DNA of 64,000 nucleotides from Octopus vulgaris (Eukaryota): NCBI GenBank assembly GCA_951406725.2, contig OX597823.1, positions 4,402,001 to 4,466,000 of the forward strand, read 5' to 3'. Shown piece by piece: positions 13,511 to 26,239 of this stretch (position 1 is its first letter; each line of letters starts with the position of its first letter). The notes under the pieces were generated by a model. It saw only the letters and a program-made list of their open reading frames with translations, ran no database searches and was not told where the DNA came from. The position numbers and the translations under genes were made by a program.

Positions 13511-14791
13511 ATACTTCACAAGTTGTTGGCATTTAGTGAAGATCTTTTATCTGACATTTAGTCTGTGGATTTATTAAGGTCATTGAATACGAAAGGTTTT
13601 TTTTTTTACTTAGAATTTTTTATACAATTTCTAAATAGTTTAAAATCTTCTATTTAATTTTGAACACAGTAACATGTTTTTCTTTAAAATATCGGACATA
13701 ATTGAGTAGCTTAGATACTTTCCTCTTTTTTACATTTCTTGAAGAGAGAAATAAAGTTGAAACAGCTTTGTTGGAATTTACCTTCCACCATATCTCCATC
13801 GTGTTTACATAATGTTTTGATTTCATTTAGCGGAGACAACTTCTGCCTCAAAGATAATCACTTCAGCTTTGCATAACTGGTTAAGGAGCAGTTCTATGTG
13901 TGCACCTAATTTAGTTTAGTTCAAGTGTTTGTCTGCTGTTACAACGTTCCTATCGGGGGAAACAGTTGCCACTGAGATTATTTTGATGGTTTACAACCAT
14001 ATTGTAATTCAGTTTAAAGTTATTTATGTTTTTGCAACCTTAGATTTGATATTTAAAGAGAAGGCAGATGAGACTCATCGGGTATATATCATATCACTTT
14101 TGAATCTGGTTGCTTTTAGTACTTTATTGCAAGATGTGGAAGCATTATCAGACTCTATTTAAAAGAAAAAAATCATCAACTATCTGACATCATCTGTCCA
14201 CTGTACACACTTGACAAATTATTCATACTTCTACATCACTCAAAACATAAAAAACAAAGAAACTGGATTGCTTTCACCTAATTCACATAAGCAGTGTTTT
14301 CTGTTGAAGTATAACAACTTCGTTACTGATATTTTTTAACAATCTCAAACAGGAAGTCACTATATTTATGCCAGAGTTATCTCCCCTTACATACTGCTTT
14401 CATGTAAAAATATTCATTTTTTTTTTCTAAAAATTTATGTCAACAGATTTAAAGTTATGCCTTTTTGACCAAATTCATTTATCAACCATTCCTATAAAGG
14501 AAAAAAAAGTATATCTTTTGTTTTCCTATCAAACACAGAAATAAGTTTTAATGATTCACTCTACAGATAAATACACTTTGGTTGTTTCTACTGAAATTAG
14601 CAAGAACATGGCTAAATGCTGAGTTATGGATGCGAATTGGAGCATTCAGCTAACAACAATAAGCATGAAAATCTAGGAAACTGCAGACAAGTTCTGGCTT
14701 CTCTTATAGCTTATGGCTGTTTAAACAAACATACATATATAAACTATATCTATACAGATATTTATATAAAGATGTTTTGTTTACTGTATCA

Positions 14792-15180
14792 GCATCATCA
14801 TCGTTTAACGTCCGTTTTCCATGCTGGCATGGGTTGGACAGATCAACTGGGGTCTGGGAAGCCAGGAGGCTGCACCAGGCCCAGTTTGATCTGGCAGAAT
14901 TTCTACAGCTGGATGCCCTTCCTAACGCCAACCACTCCATGAGTGTAGTGGGTGCTTTTTACATGCCACCGGCACAGGTGCCAGGGGAGGCTGGCAACGG
15001 CCACGATCAGTTGGTGCTTTTTACATACCACCGGCATGGAAGCCAGTTAAGGCGGCGCTGGCATCAGCCACATTCGGACGGTGCTTTTTATGTGCCACCG
15101 GCATGGAAGCCAGTCAAGGCGGCGCTGGCATCGGCCACATTCGGATGGTGCTTTTTATGTGCCACTGGCACAGGGATCAT
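14792..15180 (-). mobile_element. RTE LINE 3' UTR fragment with ~60-bp internal units
   Basis: Homologous to 3168-3500. Confidence 0.8.
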
Positions 15181-15616
15181 GTAAACATAGATGTCTATAG
15201 ATGTGTATATAAATGCATGTATGTGTTTGTTGTACATCTATGTGTGTGTGTATACACACATACACACTCACACACACAATGTATATTTATATGTAAGTAT
15301 CTATACAAAAGTCTGTGTGTATGTGTGTGTGTATGCATACACACACACGCATATGTGAGTGAGCGATCAAATGAAAGAAAGTAGCACTCAATACATTTAG
15401 TAGGAGTTACATATATTATGCAACAACAGTCAGACTCAGCTCCATTCATCTCAAAGTTTCAGAGGCGCTCAGAGAACTAACCTGTCCCTATAGGTTCATT
15501 TGAGGAGCCGAAAAGCTTTACATTGAAATGAGCCAAGTCTGACTGTTATCAAATAGTGTGTGTGTGTGTATATGCATATATGTATGTACGCCCAATATAT
15601 ATATAATATATATATA

Positions 15617-15785
15617 CTTTATTTGTGGGTTAACAAGGCTACCAGTGGTTTCATGTAATGAGGAATCTTTTAGCAATCATCAAGTGAGTCACATGGGAAC
15701 GTTGGTACTCAACTCCATTTTGGAGGAGAATTCTTAAGAGATTTCTCTTAACATGAAACCATTGATAGCCTTGTTAACCCACAAT
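15617..15785. mobile_element. Palindromic MITE-like element (second copy ~39150-39340)
   Basis: ttgtgggttaacaaggctaccagtggtttcatg ... catgaaaccattgatagccttgttaacccacaa. Confidence 0.7.
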
Positions 15786-15845
15786 TGAAGGATATGTTCC
15801 TGAAGGTCAGCAATGGTCTTCCTCAGTCACAAGTGGACGGCTATC

Positions 15846-15878
<33 letters not shown>

Positions 15879-17049
15879 TGTATGTATGTATGTATGTATG
15901 TATGTATGTATGTATGTATGTATGTGTGTGTGTATGTATGTATGTATATATGTATGTATGTATGCATGTATGTATGTTAGTTAGATCTTTAGCTCTTTAG
16001 CTGGGCTAAAAAGTCACATTCAATCACAGCACCAGTAACAGTTAAGCTTCGTGCAATGGCCATACTTGATAACGAGGGGGCAGCCATAATAATGTATGTA
16101 TGTATGTATGTATGTATGTATGTATGTATAAAATAAGTATTTTGCACTTTTTTAACATTGGTTTTATGCTTCATTCTAAGAGGAAAAAATGCAATCACGG
16201 CTTGTGTTGCTTATAGCTATTAATTTTAATTAACATACATTTCTGTTTGTTCCCTGGTTTGTTGCAAAAATTATTATTTTTGACACTGAAGAATTACAGA
16301 TCCCATGGCAAAAGTTCTTATAAAGCTTCAGGCTTTCACAGGTGCCAGCATTCTCGTTATTGGTTTTCGCCAATGTCAATTGAGTCAGTATGATGTGTTT
16401 AATGCTGACCCCAGAGACAGACCAAGTTGAACCGAGCGACTTATCACATGAGGAAATGATTTGTCTGCACTTAGTTACAAACTGCTGTCCCATGTGTCTG
16501 GATCCTAGGACCTTACCCACTTGGCCACTGTGCCACATAGATTGTTAATTGATTGGTTGATCGATATTTAGATAGGTTGATAGGTAGGTAAGTAGGTGGG
16601 TAGGTAGATAGGTAGGTAGGTAGGTAGGTTTAGGTATGTAGGTAGGTAGGTAGGTAGGTAGGTAGGTTTAGGTATGTATGTAGGTAGGTAGGTAGGTAGG
16701 TAGGTAGGTAGGAAGGTAGGTAGGTGGGTGGGTACATAATAATAACAACAATAATAATGATATTGATGATGACAACAATGATGATAATAATATTGGTTTT
16801 AAATTTTGGTGTAGAGGCAGCAGTGTTTTGAGGGCGGGGGTTGATTACATGGACCTCAGTATTTGACTGGTACTGATTATTTTACTGCCCTCGAAAAGAT
16901 AAAAGGCAAAGTGGACCTCAGCGAAATTTGAACTCAGAACGTGAAGATGGAGAAATAATGTCCAACATGCTAACAGTTTTGCCAGCTCAACAATAATAAC
17001 AACAACAACAGCAACAACGACAAAGAAACAAGCACATTGTGCCAAGTTG

Positions 17050-17530
17050 CTCAGTTTTAGCCAAGAAAGAATATTTCTAGAGACATGAAAGAGTTAGAAG
17101 CTTATATCCAGTGGAAGTTGTGCAAGTAATATGAATACGAAGAGGACAGAGGTGGTGTAGGGATACACCAGAAAAGGTTTTAAAGAATTACAAAGTAACC
17201 ATACTCTGAAATAGGCCAGTATACACAGATACAGAGGTTAATGATAATTGATCAGATATTGTTATCAAAGAAAACCAGGTGGGAATTGACTCCTAATCAA
17301 TGTGCCAATCTGAACAGATGATAATTTATCGCTCAGAGAAATGAAAAAAGAGTAACAATCTTAATAATAAGAAGTGGTTTGGAACTGATAAACAAGGAAA
17401 AACATGCAGACTAATATATAACCAAAAACGCTAGGACTTACAAATCTATACAGCATCCTGAAGACAGCACTACTGAATACAATAGAGCCAAAAAAAAAAC
17501 AAACAGTGCACTGCACATAGCCAAGGCACA
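17050..17530 (+). mobile_element. Degenerate R4/Dong-like non-LTR element, restriction-like endonuclease region
   Basis: Broken frames read YIQWKLCK..TPEKV..TIL*NRPVYTD..SDIVIKEN. Confidence 0.55.
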
Positions 17531-19342
17531 CAAACTGAACTCAGTGTACTGCAGAGAAACACAATCAAAGTGAAACTAGTCAATGGCAATAATAATAGAT
17601 ATAAAAGAAGGAAGAGTAAATCTTAAATCAAGGTAGCAGTGTGCAGTGGAATTGGTAAATTATTGGACAAAAATAGTTTATGCTATTTAGCTATATCCTA
17701 TGACATTCTGTGTTCAAATCTCAGCTAGGTCAACTTTGTCTTTCATTTATTTGAGGTTATAGAAATAAGGGGCAATCTACAATATATTGACTGTACCTTT
17801 CAAGGTAGTGTACAACGCATGGCCACGTAGTTCAACGTTTGACCCTTTCTTTTCTTTCATGAATCCCACCTTTTCACATCAGATTACTGATGTGTTAATG
17901 CTCTAATGAACAATGATTGGATTAGTTAATAAGGTGCTAGCCTACTGTCTAAAGCAGGGATGGACAACCTTATTTGAAGAGTGGGCCACTTGAGACATGG
18001 TTCATCATTAGGTGGGATGCACTACTGGCAAAAATTCAAGGTAACATTTTGTTAGGTGTACCATTCAGAATGTCCCATAGGCCACAGGTTTCTCATGACT
18101 AGTTCCAAAGAGCCAACTGTCTAAATCTTGTCGCTAAACCAGTAGTAACTTTACAATAAACAAAGATAACTAGCAATCATTGCCTCACAACCCCCATCTA
18201 TAAACATGCGTCATGTGGATGTATAATTTGTGGCTGTATACAGTAGGAGCAGTGCATTATTGCTGAGTGTTTCAATGACTTGGAATGCTGAATACAAATT
18301 CATGACTGGTTGGCTTTGAAGACAGAGAGAGAGAGAGATGAGCTCTGTAAAGATACATGTTGCCTCAATACACTGGATAATGATGCAAACCTTCTGTGGT
18401 AGTTTACTAATCAGTTTGGTTACAAAGTGGGGGGCTGGGGGAGTACTCTGTCAGTTACGACGATGAGGGTCCCAGCTTGTACAATCAACGGAACAGCCTG
18501 CTCGTGAAATTAACATGCAAGTGGCTGAGCACTCCACAGACACATGTACCCTTAACGTAGTTCTCCGGAGATTCAGTGTGGCACACAGTGTGACAAAGCT
18601 GGCCCTTTGAAATACAGGTACCACTCATTTTTGTCAGCTGAGTGGACTGGAGCAACGTGAAACAAAGTGTCTTGCTCAAGGACACACCACGTCACCGGGA
18701 ATTGAGCTCATGACCTTACGATTGCAAGCCGAATGCCCCTAACCACTAAGCCATGTGTCTTCATGGTTACAAAGCAATGTAAGTTTAATTGCAACAATAC
18801 CACTTTAACATGGGTTAAAAATAAATATGTATGCAGAATCATATCCCTGTGTTGGAACACTTTTGTTTTTTCCATATTTCTGTTGAAACACACTTCTTAT
18901 ATTTCGATTGATTTTGAAAACGGTGAAGAATTTAGTAAAATAACTGACATTACTAAACTGGTCTTTGAAATATAAAATATTATGAAATTTTGAAGGAAGA
19001 TTTTAATTTAGATCCCTTTAAGGCTGGGAGCTTGCATCATAGAAGCAGATAGGGTTTTATGTGGATTGGTCTCAAAAGGGTTAAGAAATATATGTTTAGT
19101 ATCCCTGTGAAATTAGGCTCCATGTTTAAAGCAGCAGGTATTTGTCAGTTATCAGCCTGCTTTGATTTGTCATTAGGAAGGGCATCCAGCAATAGAAACC
19201 CTGCCCAAACTGACAACCGAAGCCTGGTGCAGCTCTCCAGCCTTGCCATCTCCTGTCAAACCATCCAACCCATGCTAGCATGGTAACAGATGTTAAATGA
19301 TGATGATGATGATGATGATACTCATCAGAGACCTTAAACAAC

Positions 19343-20091
19343 ATAAAATATGTCAGTGTGTCATATCTCATTTACATAATCCAATGAGGTTGGCTGCTGG
19401 GTCCCGTATATTAAGGGTTAATCCAGGATTAGATATGCAACTAGTAACATGTCCCTTCCCTTATTGCCTGATGAATAGAATCACTGCTTATTGTTGCCAT
19501 TTCTTTTTATCCTCTCTATCTCTCCAGTGCCTGATCTATTTAAGTGCAAGGCGGTTGTCACCGAGAATGAGACCAAGCTCACCAGCACCTGCACAAAGGG
19601 GACCCAGAAAGAAGCCATCTCGTGTGCCATGGAAGACGTCATGAATCTAATCAGACTCTTGTCTATAACACTTAAAAACAACGAAAACTAAAACACTTTG
19701 ACTTCTAAAAAACTTGTTTGTTTTTCATTTTTCATTGTAATTGACAAGTTCAAGTTGGTGGTTCTTGGTTCTTACGGTATTAGGGGTTAGTCAGAAAGAA
19801 AGGGGACAGTGTGAGACAGTGGAAAATAGGATTACTATTAGAAAATCAACAATTTTGAACTCTAAAGAAGAACAGTTGTAGGATTGCTTACCTTTTATCT
19901 TTTACGTGTTTCAGTCATTAGACTGTGGCCATGCTGGGGCACTACCTTGAAGGATTTTAGTTGAATGAATTGACCCCAAAACTATTTTTTTAAACCTGGT
20001 ACTTATTCTATCGGTCTCTTTTACCAAACTGCTAAGCTATGGAGGTGTAAACAAACCAACACCAGTTATCAAGACACAAACACACACAGAG

Positions 20092-20149
<58 letters not shown>

Positions 20150-20293
20150 ATGTATATATATATATGTATATGATAAGGGTGGGACATATTATTAGTTACA
20201 TATCTAATCCTGGATTAACCCTTAATATACAGGACCCAGCAGTCAACCTCATAGCATTATGGAAATGAGATATGGCACACTGACATATTTTAT
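19343..20293. repeat. ~120-bp inverted repeat pair (19343-19464 / 20173-20293) enclosing terminal exon A
   Basis: ataaaatatgtcagtgtgtcatatctc...gtcccttcccttat is the near-exact reverse complement of ataagggtgggac...tgacatattttat. Confidence 0.9.
19528..19691 (+). CDS. Gene 1 terminal exon A ((L)PDLFKCKAVVTENETKLTSTCTKGTQKEAISCAMEDVMNLIRLLSITLKNNEN*)
   Basis: Strong pyrimidine tract plus CAG at 19525-19527, phase 1, C-X14-C-X10-C motif shared with three paralogues, TAA stop. Gives a 150-aa protein. Confidence 0.85.
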
Positions 20294-20427
20294 AGGTGGA
20301 ACAATTAAATCTATATTAATCTAGTCTTACCTGTAAAAACCAGTTTTCTAGGAAAGTTACCTGTCACAGAGTACTCTTTTATCCAGCAGTGGTAGATTTT
20401 TCTCTCATCAAATTTATTCCTACAGAG

Positions 20428-20740
20428 CAGGGGTCACCAAATTATGGCCCGCAGGCCAGATCCAGCCCACGAGGTCAGTTCATCCGGCCCGCTGCTGCAT
20501 TGTACCATTTGTGCAAGCACCTGAGAGGTCATTTGCCTCTGCTATGGCATCAGTGTTTAGAACAACCTATGTCTGTGAGCAAATATTTTCAAAAATGAAG
20601 AAAGTGAAGTCAGCACATCAAACGAGGTCGACTGATTAACATTTGAAAGCAATTCTCTTGGTCAGATGCAGCAATTCCAAAACAAATATTGATAACATCT
20701 TAAAAGCTAAATGCCAGTTCCACAAACCTTTTGCTGCTTA
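20428..20740 (+). mobile_element. Internally deleted hAT (Charlie-like) transposon
   Basis: TIR-like CAGGGGTCACCAAA..GGCCCGC. TYVCEQIFSKMKKVKSAHQTRSTD*HL resembles the hAT dimerisation domain. Confidence 0.75.
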
Positions 20741-21203
20741 GTTTGTGAGATTCGGATATTTGTGCACTGGATGTGATGTAACTATCTCATTGCTAACATC
20801 GCCTTCTTTGATAACTTTCTGGTAAATGAATCTGTTTCTTAACGTAAAGTATACTAGCCATCTCAATATGGCTAACCGCTAAGGGTGGGTGTTACTGTAG
20901 CTTGTAGCCCCAGGAGATCATCGTCTCCAGCTGGCTTTAGGCACACTTTCTGTGCCCTTATGGTATTTGCAAATCTGTTTGTTGTCTGTATTTTTTGTGT
21001 ATTCACTGTCTTGTATTGAACAAAATGGTTATGTGGCCCATGATCATCATTCTTTCAGATATCTGTAACCATTCCACACACACACACACACATATGGTGT
21101 ACCTTGGACTATATCATCAAATGTGTCCTTTTATGAAGACAACATGGTGTGATTTGAAGGATGTTTGGTTGCTATATCTAGCAGGTCTAGAGACAATGTA
21201 GAG

Positions 21204-21751
21204 CAGAGGTTCCCAACCCTTTTTTATCTGTGGACCCCTTTGATTCCTATTCTACTCTCCTGAACCCCTATAGTCATTCGATGTTTGAAAAAGTCCCATT
21301 GTATTTTTATAATTAAATATTAGGAATTGTATAAAAAAAATTACTGAAATATTAAATGTTTTGTAGACTTATAACCATTTATTGCGAAGGCACGTGGCTT
21401 AGTGGTTAGGGCATTCGACTCACGATTGTAAGGTCATGAGTTCAATTCCCGGCAACATTTTATTTCATGTTGCTCTGGTCTTCTCAGCTGACAAAATTGT
21501 GCGGTACTTGTACTTCAAAGGGCCATCCTTGTCAGACTCTGTGAACTATGTTAGGGGTACATGTGTCTGTGGAGTGCTCAGCCACTTGCATGTTAATTTC
21601 ATGAGCAAGCTGTTCCGTTGATCGGATCAGCTGGGACCCTCGTCGTCGTAACCGATGGAGTGCTCCTTAAACCATTTATTGCACATAAATTTAAACAACA
21701 AAATTTTAAGTGAATCCAAATGGTGAAATGGACCCTTATTGACAACCATTG
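21204..21751. mobile_element. hAT-type MITE interrupted by a family 3 SINE (21387-21665)
   Basis: CAGAGGTTCCCAA ... GACAACCATTG ends, imperfect 8-bp TSD ATGTAGAG/ATGTAAGG. Confidence 0.55.
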
Positions 21752-24229
21752 ATGTAAGGCTCCCTCTGTTGGCTTATTAAAGAAATAGATTTTTGAAGTG
21801 ATGCAGGCCCGGTTTTTAGAGTTGGTTATAGCAGTAGTGGTATTGTTATTTTGAATGATTTATGGCTAAAAAGGGAGAATTAAATGTGGATGTGTGACTG
21901 GGGTTCACAAACAACGTCATGCTGTGAACGGGACATCGACCGAGACCAAGATGGATAACTCTTACCAGTCCAGTTTCCATGGTTGTCAATAACAACCACA
22001 TTAAGTCATGTTACAACAACCTAGATAAATAGATTTTTTAAAAAAGGCAATTTTACAGGAGACTTATTAATCAAGTGGCCATTCCTGCTGAAATACTGAT
22101 TGGCAATGACTGCTTTACTGAAATATGGTCAGTTGAATAATTAAAGGGAAGTAACTCAACATACCATATATCGTTTCTGCTCTAGGCACAAGACCCGAAA
22201 TTTTGGGAAAGAGGCCCAGTCAATTAGATGGACCCCAGTATGCAACTGGTTCTTGATTTATCACCCCCGAAAGGGTGAGAGGTGGAATTTGAACTCAAAA
22301 CGTAAAGACAGACGAAATGCTGCTAAGCATTTCGCCCAATGTGCCGACGTTTCTGCCATATATATATAATGGTGACATTCAGGGGCTCTTTAATACTCGG
22401 CATTATGTAGGGAGCTTTCCTGGATGCGATCCCACAGCAAATTCGGTGAATAAACAAAACAGACACTGTGTATGTGTGAGCCATAATGATTACATTACTT
22501 TTAATTGCTTTTAATTCATAATCTAATGCATACACATGTACACACACACTTATACATAAACACATGCACAGACACATATACACACATACTTATATACATA
22601 TATAAATACACACACATATATGTATGTGTATGTATGTAGTATCATCATCAACATCATTTAACATCTGCTTTCCATGCTGGCATGGGTTGGACGGTTTGGC
22701 ATGGTGCTGGCCTGCCATGGAGCTGTCCTGACTCTAGCTGTCTGTTGCAGCTGGGTTTCTCATTCCCCTTCATTTTTGAACTTCAGTCAGTTCCACTTTG
22801 CATTTATTACCATATTTCTGCTGAAATACAATGACTTTGTTGTAATTAATTGTGAAAATAACAAAGAATTTGGTGAAATAACTGTCACATTAAGTTTTAT
22901 GTTTTGGAACCTGAATGAACATTTAAGTCAGGATGGAAGGGTATGATTTAGATCCCTCTAAGCCTTATTCTTACCGTATTTCTGTTGAATGCAGTCTTTA
23001 TTCCAATTGACTTAAATTGATTTTGAAAATAAAAGAATTTAATGAAAATAAATTTGTTGCTATTAAGATAGTGTCTAGAATATAAATTAACTTGAAATTT
23101 TCATAGAAAGTTTTTGAGAAGAGACTTCAGGTGGGTTAGCATTAAAAGGGTTAATTTTTTGTAACTTCACAATCAACAAAATTAATTAATTATAATGCTG
23201 GTTCAATTAACTATGTCGGCTTGCCTGACTTTGTTTCCTCAAAACTTCCAGAAAATGAATAATTGGAATCTAATATGCAAAAAAAAAAAAATGATTGGTG
23301 GGCATGCGCACACACATACTGACACACACACACATACTGACACACACACACATACTGACACACATCACATATCTTTACAAAATGAAACTTGAAATTTCTA
23401 AAAAAAAGTTTTTATGTGTGTCATTATTTTTCACATTAAATCCTGATAAATCATAATCTACAACATCTGAAACTTATTTGTAGAAAATTTAATTAAAAAA
23501 TATCCATTTTTCTGAAATGTTAGGATTGAAACATTCTCTCCCTGCATACACAAGCAATACCTTACTCTCCAACACTTCAAAGATGAACCACCACCCGCGC
23601 TGCTAAACTCACCAGGATAGTTTCTTTCCCTGAATGTGAACGCTGAATATACACAACACACAAAACCCAACACAGAAGAAACATGCTTCCCACCCCTGAT
23701 GAACTCCCTCAGCACACAAACATGCGAACATCACATATACCCAGAATATAATGTGATATAATATAATACAAATAAATTCACCATCCAACAGAACCCTTTC
23801 CAAAAGTCAAACTCAAGAGAGATAACCACTCAAAACTTGTCACCAGAGAGTAGCGCCCCTTGATTTATTATTTTCTTTATAAAATTTTGTGAGAATTAGT
23901 GATACTTTACCTGAGACTTTTCGTCCAAACTGGAGATGAACAATTCTCCATGTGACTGGCTTAAAAAATTGTTAAGATATTAAGATAATTTTCTTTGCAT
24001 GAAACCAATGGTAGCTTTATTATACATATAAAGATGTGTGTGTGAAGAGCATCATGAATAGCCATAGGGAAAATCCAACTAACTGGACATTCCTTCTTTA
24101 AGGAAGAGTTGGCAGGAATGAAAATGAAAGAGAAACAACAGAGTTTTACTTCCTCTAAGTTTAAGAAATTGGCTGCAACTGATAAGGAACACAGGACCAC
24201 AGGAGCTTCACACGTAGAGAAGAAATAAT

Positions 24230-25790
24230 AGGAGAGAGAAACTAGGTGAGCAAGATAGAAGGGAAAAGAATGGAATGTGGTGGAGAAGCAGACATAAGCA
24301 GGAATGAAGTGAGACGGCAGTTGAAGGATAAGAAAGGAATTACTAGAATAAGAGGAGGTGAAGGGGGAAAGCATTCACTTAGACTTGTTAATGTTGTAGT
24401 CCTGAGTTCAAATATGAAACTTTGTTTCCACTGTTTCCTTGAGTCTGTCGATTGATGGTGGGCAAAAATGGAATGGCCTGTTGTATTGAAGTAGGTGGTG
24501 ACAAGTTGACCTGGTGTACACAACCTGTGCTTCTGAAAGAGGTTGGCAAGTTGTCTACGTGTTTCCCCAACATAAAGAGTGCTGCATAGTGTGTACAACA
24601 GAAATTCTGAGTATTGTGATATTATAACTTGGGCCCAGTGATGGTTGTAGCATTGCTAATACAGGGGCAGGTTTTGCATTAGTGGTGAGTGCCGTTAAAA
24701 GTGCCTGGTTGTGAGGGCCAGGGTGCTGTGGAGCTTCTAAGGAGGTTTCTGAGATTCTAATCCTTTTTGAAAGCCAGGATAGATGGTACAGGAAGGATTG
24801 AAGTGGTTTGGGTTCAGTAAGTAGAATTTGGAAGTTGTGGAACAGAAAGCAGATGGGTAAAAGATGAGAGAGTATGGAATAAAAACTAATGGTGTACTTA
24901 AATAGGATAAGAAAGCAGTAGTGTGTTCGTGCAGGACCAACAATTGATTAGGGATACATTTAATTCAGTAAGAGAAGCCGCATACTTTTACATTGAGATT
25001 CAAAATCCAAATCAATACTGCAGAGCCAGAGAGAGAGAGAGTGCAGGAGTTGAGAGAATGGTATGAGAGATTTAGAGTGTTTGGAGTAAGAAGAAGAGTC
25101 GTGGAGACAAGAATGGGAGTTAATAGGCTTACAGAGGATGGAGGTAGACAAGTAAATATTGTTGATAGCGATGGAGTTTTTAGGAAAACTAACAGAAGTA
25201 TTTGATAGAGTAGAAGTAAAGATGAAAAGAGTTTATCAACAAGATAAAACTCTCAAGCTGTTGTCTGGTTGGGGTGGTAGTGCTGACCCAGCTGTCAGAG
25301 TAAGGACAGTAAGGTCTGTGATGGGTCTTGTGAATTGGGGGAAGATTTGCTTTTCGATGCAGGCCACAAAGAGGTTTGCATAATTGGGGCCCATCCTAGT
25401 TCCCAAGGCAAACCTGTTGATTTGCTTTTGTTAAATTCCTCAGAGAAAAAAATGGGATTATGAGTTAGGTTAAGGTTAGCTAAGCAGAGGAATGTTGTAG
25501 TATTGGCACAGGTAGGAGACATCATTGTGGGGGATGATGGGGGAAAAGGGGCCAGTGGCGAAAGGTGATAGTATTTTATTAAAGTACAATGGTAGAAGTA
25601 CAGAAGGGCAGTTTCATGTGGAGAGAATAAAATGGCCAGGATTTTCTGATTTGTGAATTTTGGGGACAAAGTAGACAGTGGAGGGTTGGAGTGTGGTTAC
25701 AATGAGGTTAGTGGTTGTGGGGTGAAGTGAACCAGTTGAGATAAATTCACAAACAGTGGTGAACGCTTGTTTCCACCAGTGCCTGGGGCA
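24230..25790 (-). mobile_element. Degenerate Penelope-like element (RT plus GIY-YIG endonuclease)
   Basis: CSTLYVGETRRQLANLFQKH (GIY-YIG). Frameshifted G-T-R-M-G-P-N-Y-A-N-L-F RT motif near 25370-25410. Confidence 0.8.
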
Positions 25791-25825
25791 TGTCTGTGTG
25801 TTTGTGCATATAAATATAAATATAG

Positions 25826-25913
<88 letters not shown>

Positions 25914-26074
25914 GGAGAGAAATAGACAGATAGATAAAACTTACATATATATATATACATACTGTATATATCAAGGGTCCTACATGAAACTCTCAAGCCT
26001 TCAGTTGCTTTGTTACTTCAGCCAATTGAATATAAAAATGCTTTATATGTTTGTGTGGGCGTATGTATGCATGT

Positions 26075-26123
<49 letters not shown>

Positions 26124-26239
26124 TGCCCGCCCGCCCGCACGCACACACACATACATATATACATACAAATATACATACATACATACATGCATACATATGT
26201 GCATATATATATATATATATATGTATGTATGTGTAGCGC

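Noticed and set aside
19491-19527. Apparent signal peptides at the start of ORFs 19491 and 31189 (MLPFLFILSIS, LTLFTLFLVV), suggesting intronless genes
   Set aside because: These hydrophobic stretches are translated polypyrimidine tracts. Homology among the four paralogues begins at the AG acceptors, and C and D are not called as such ORFs. B's ATG at 31189 cannot be fully excluded.
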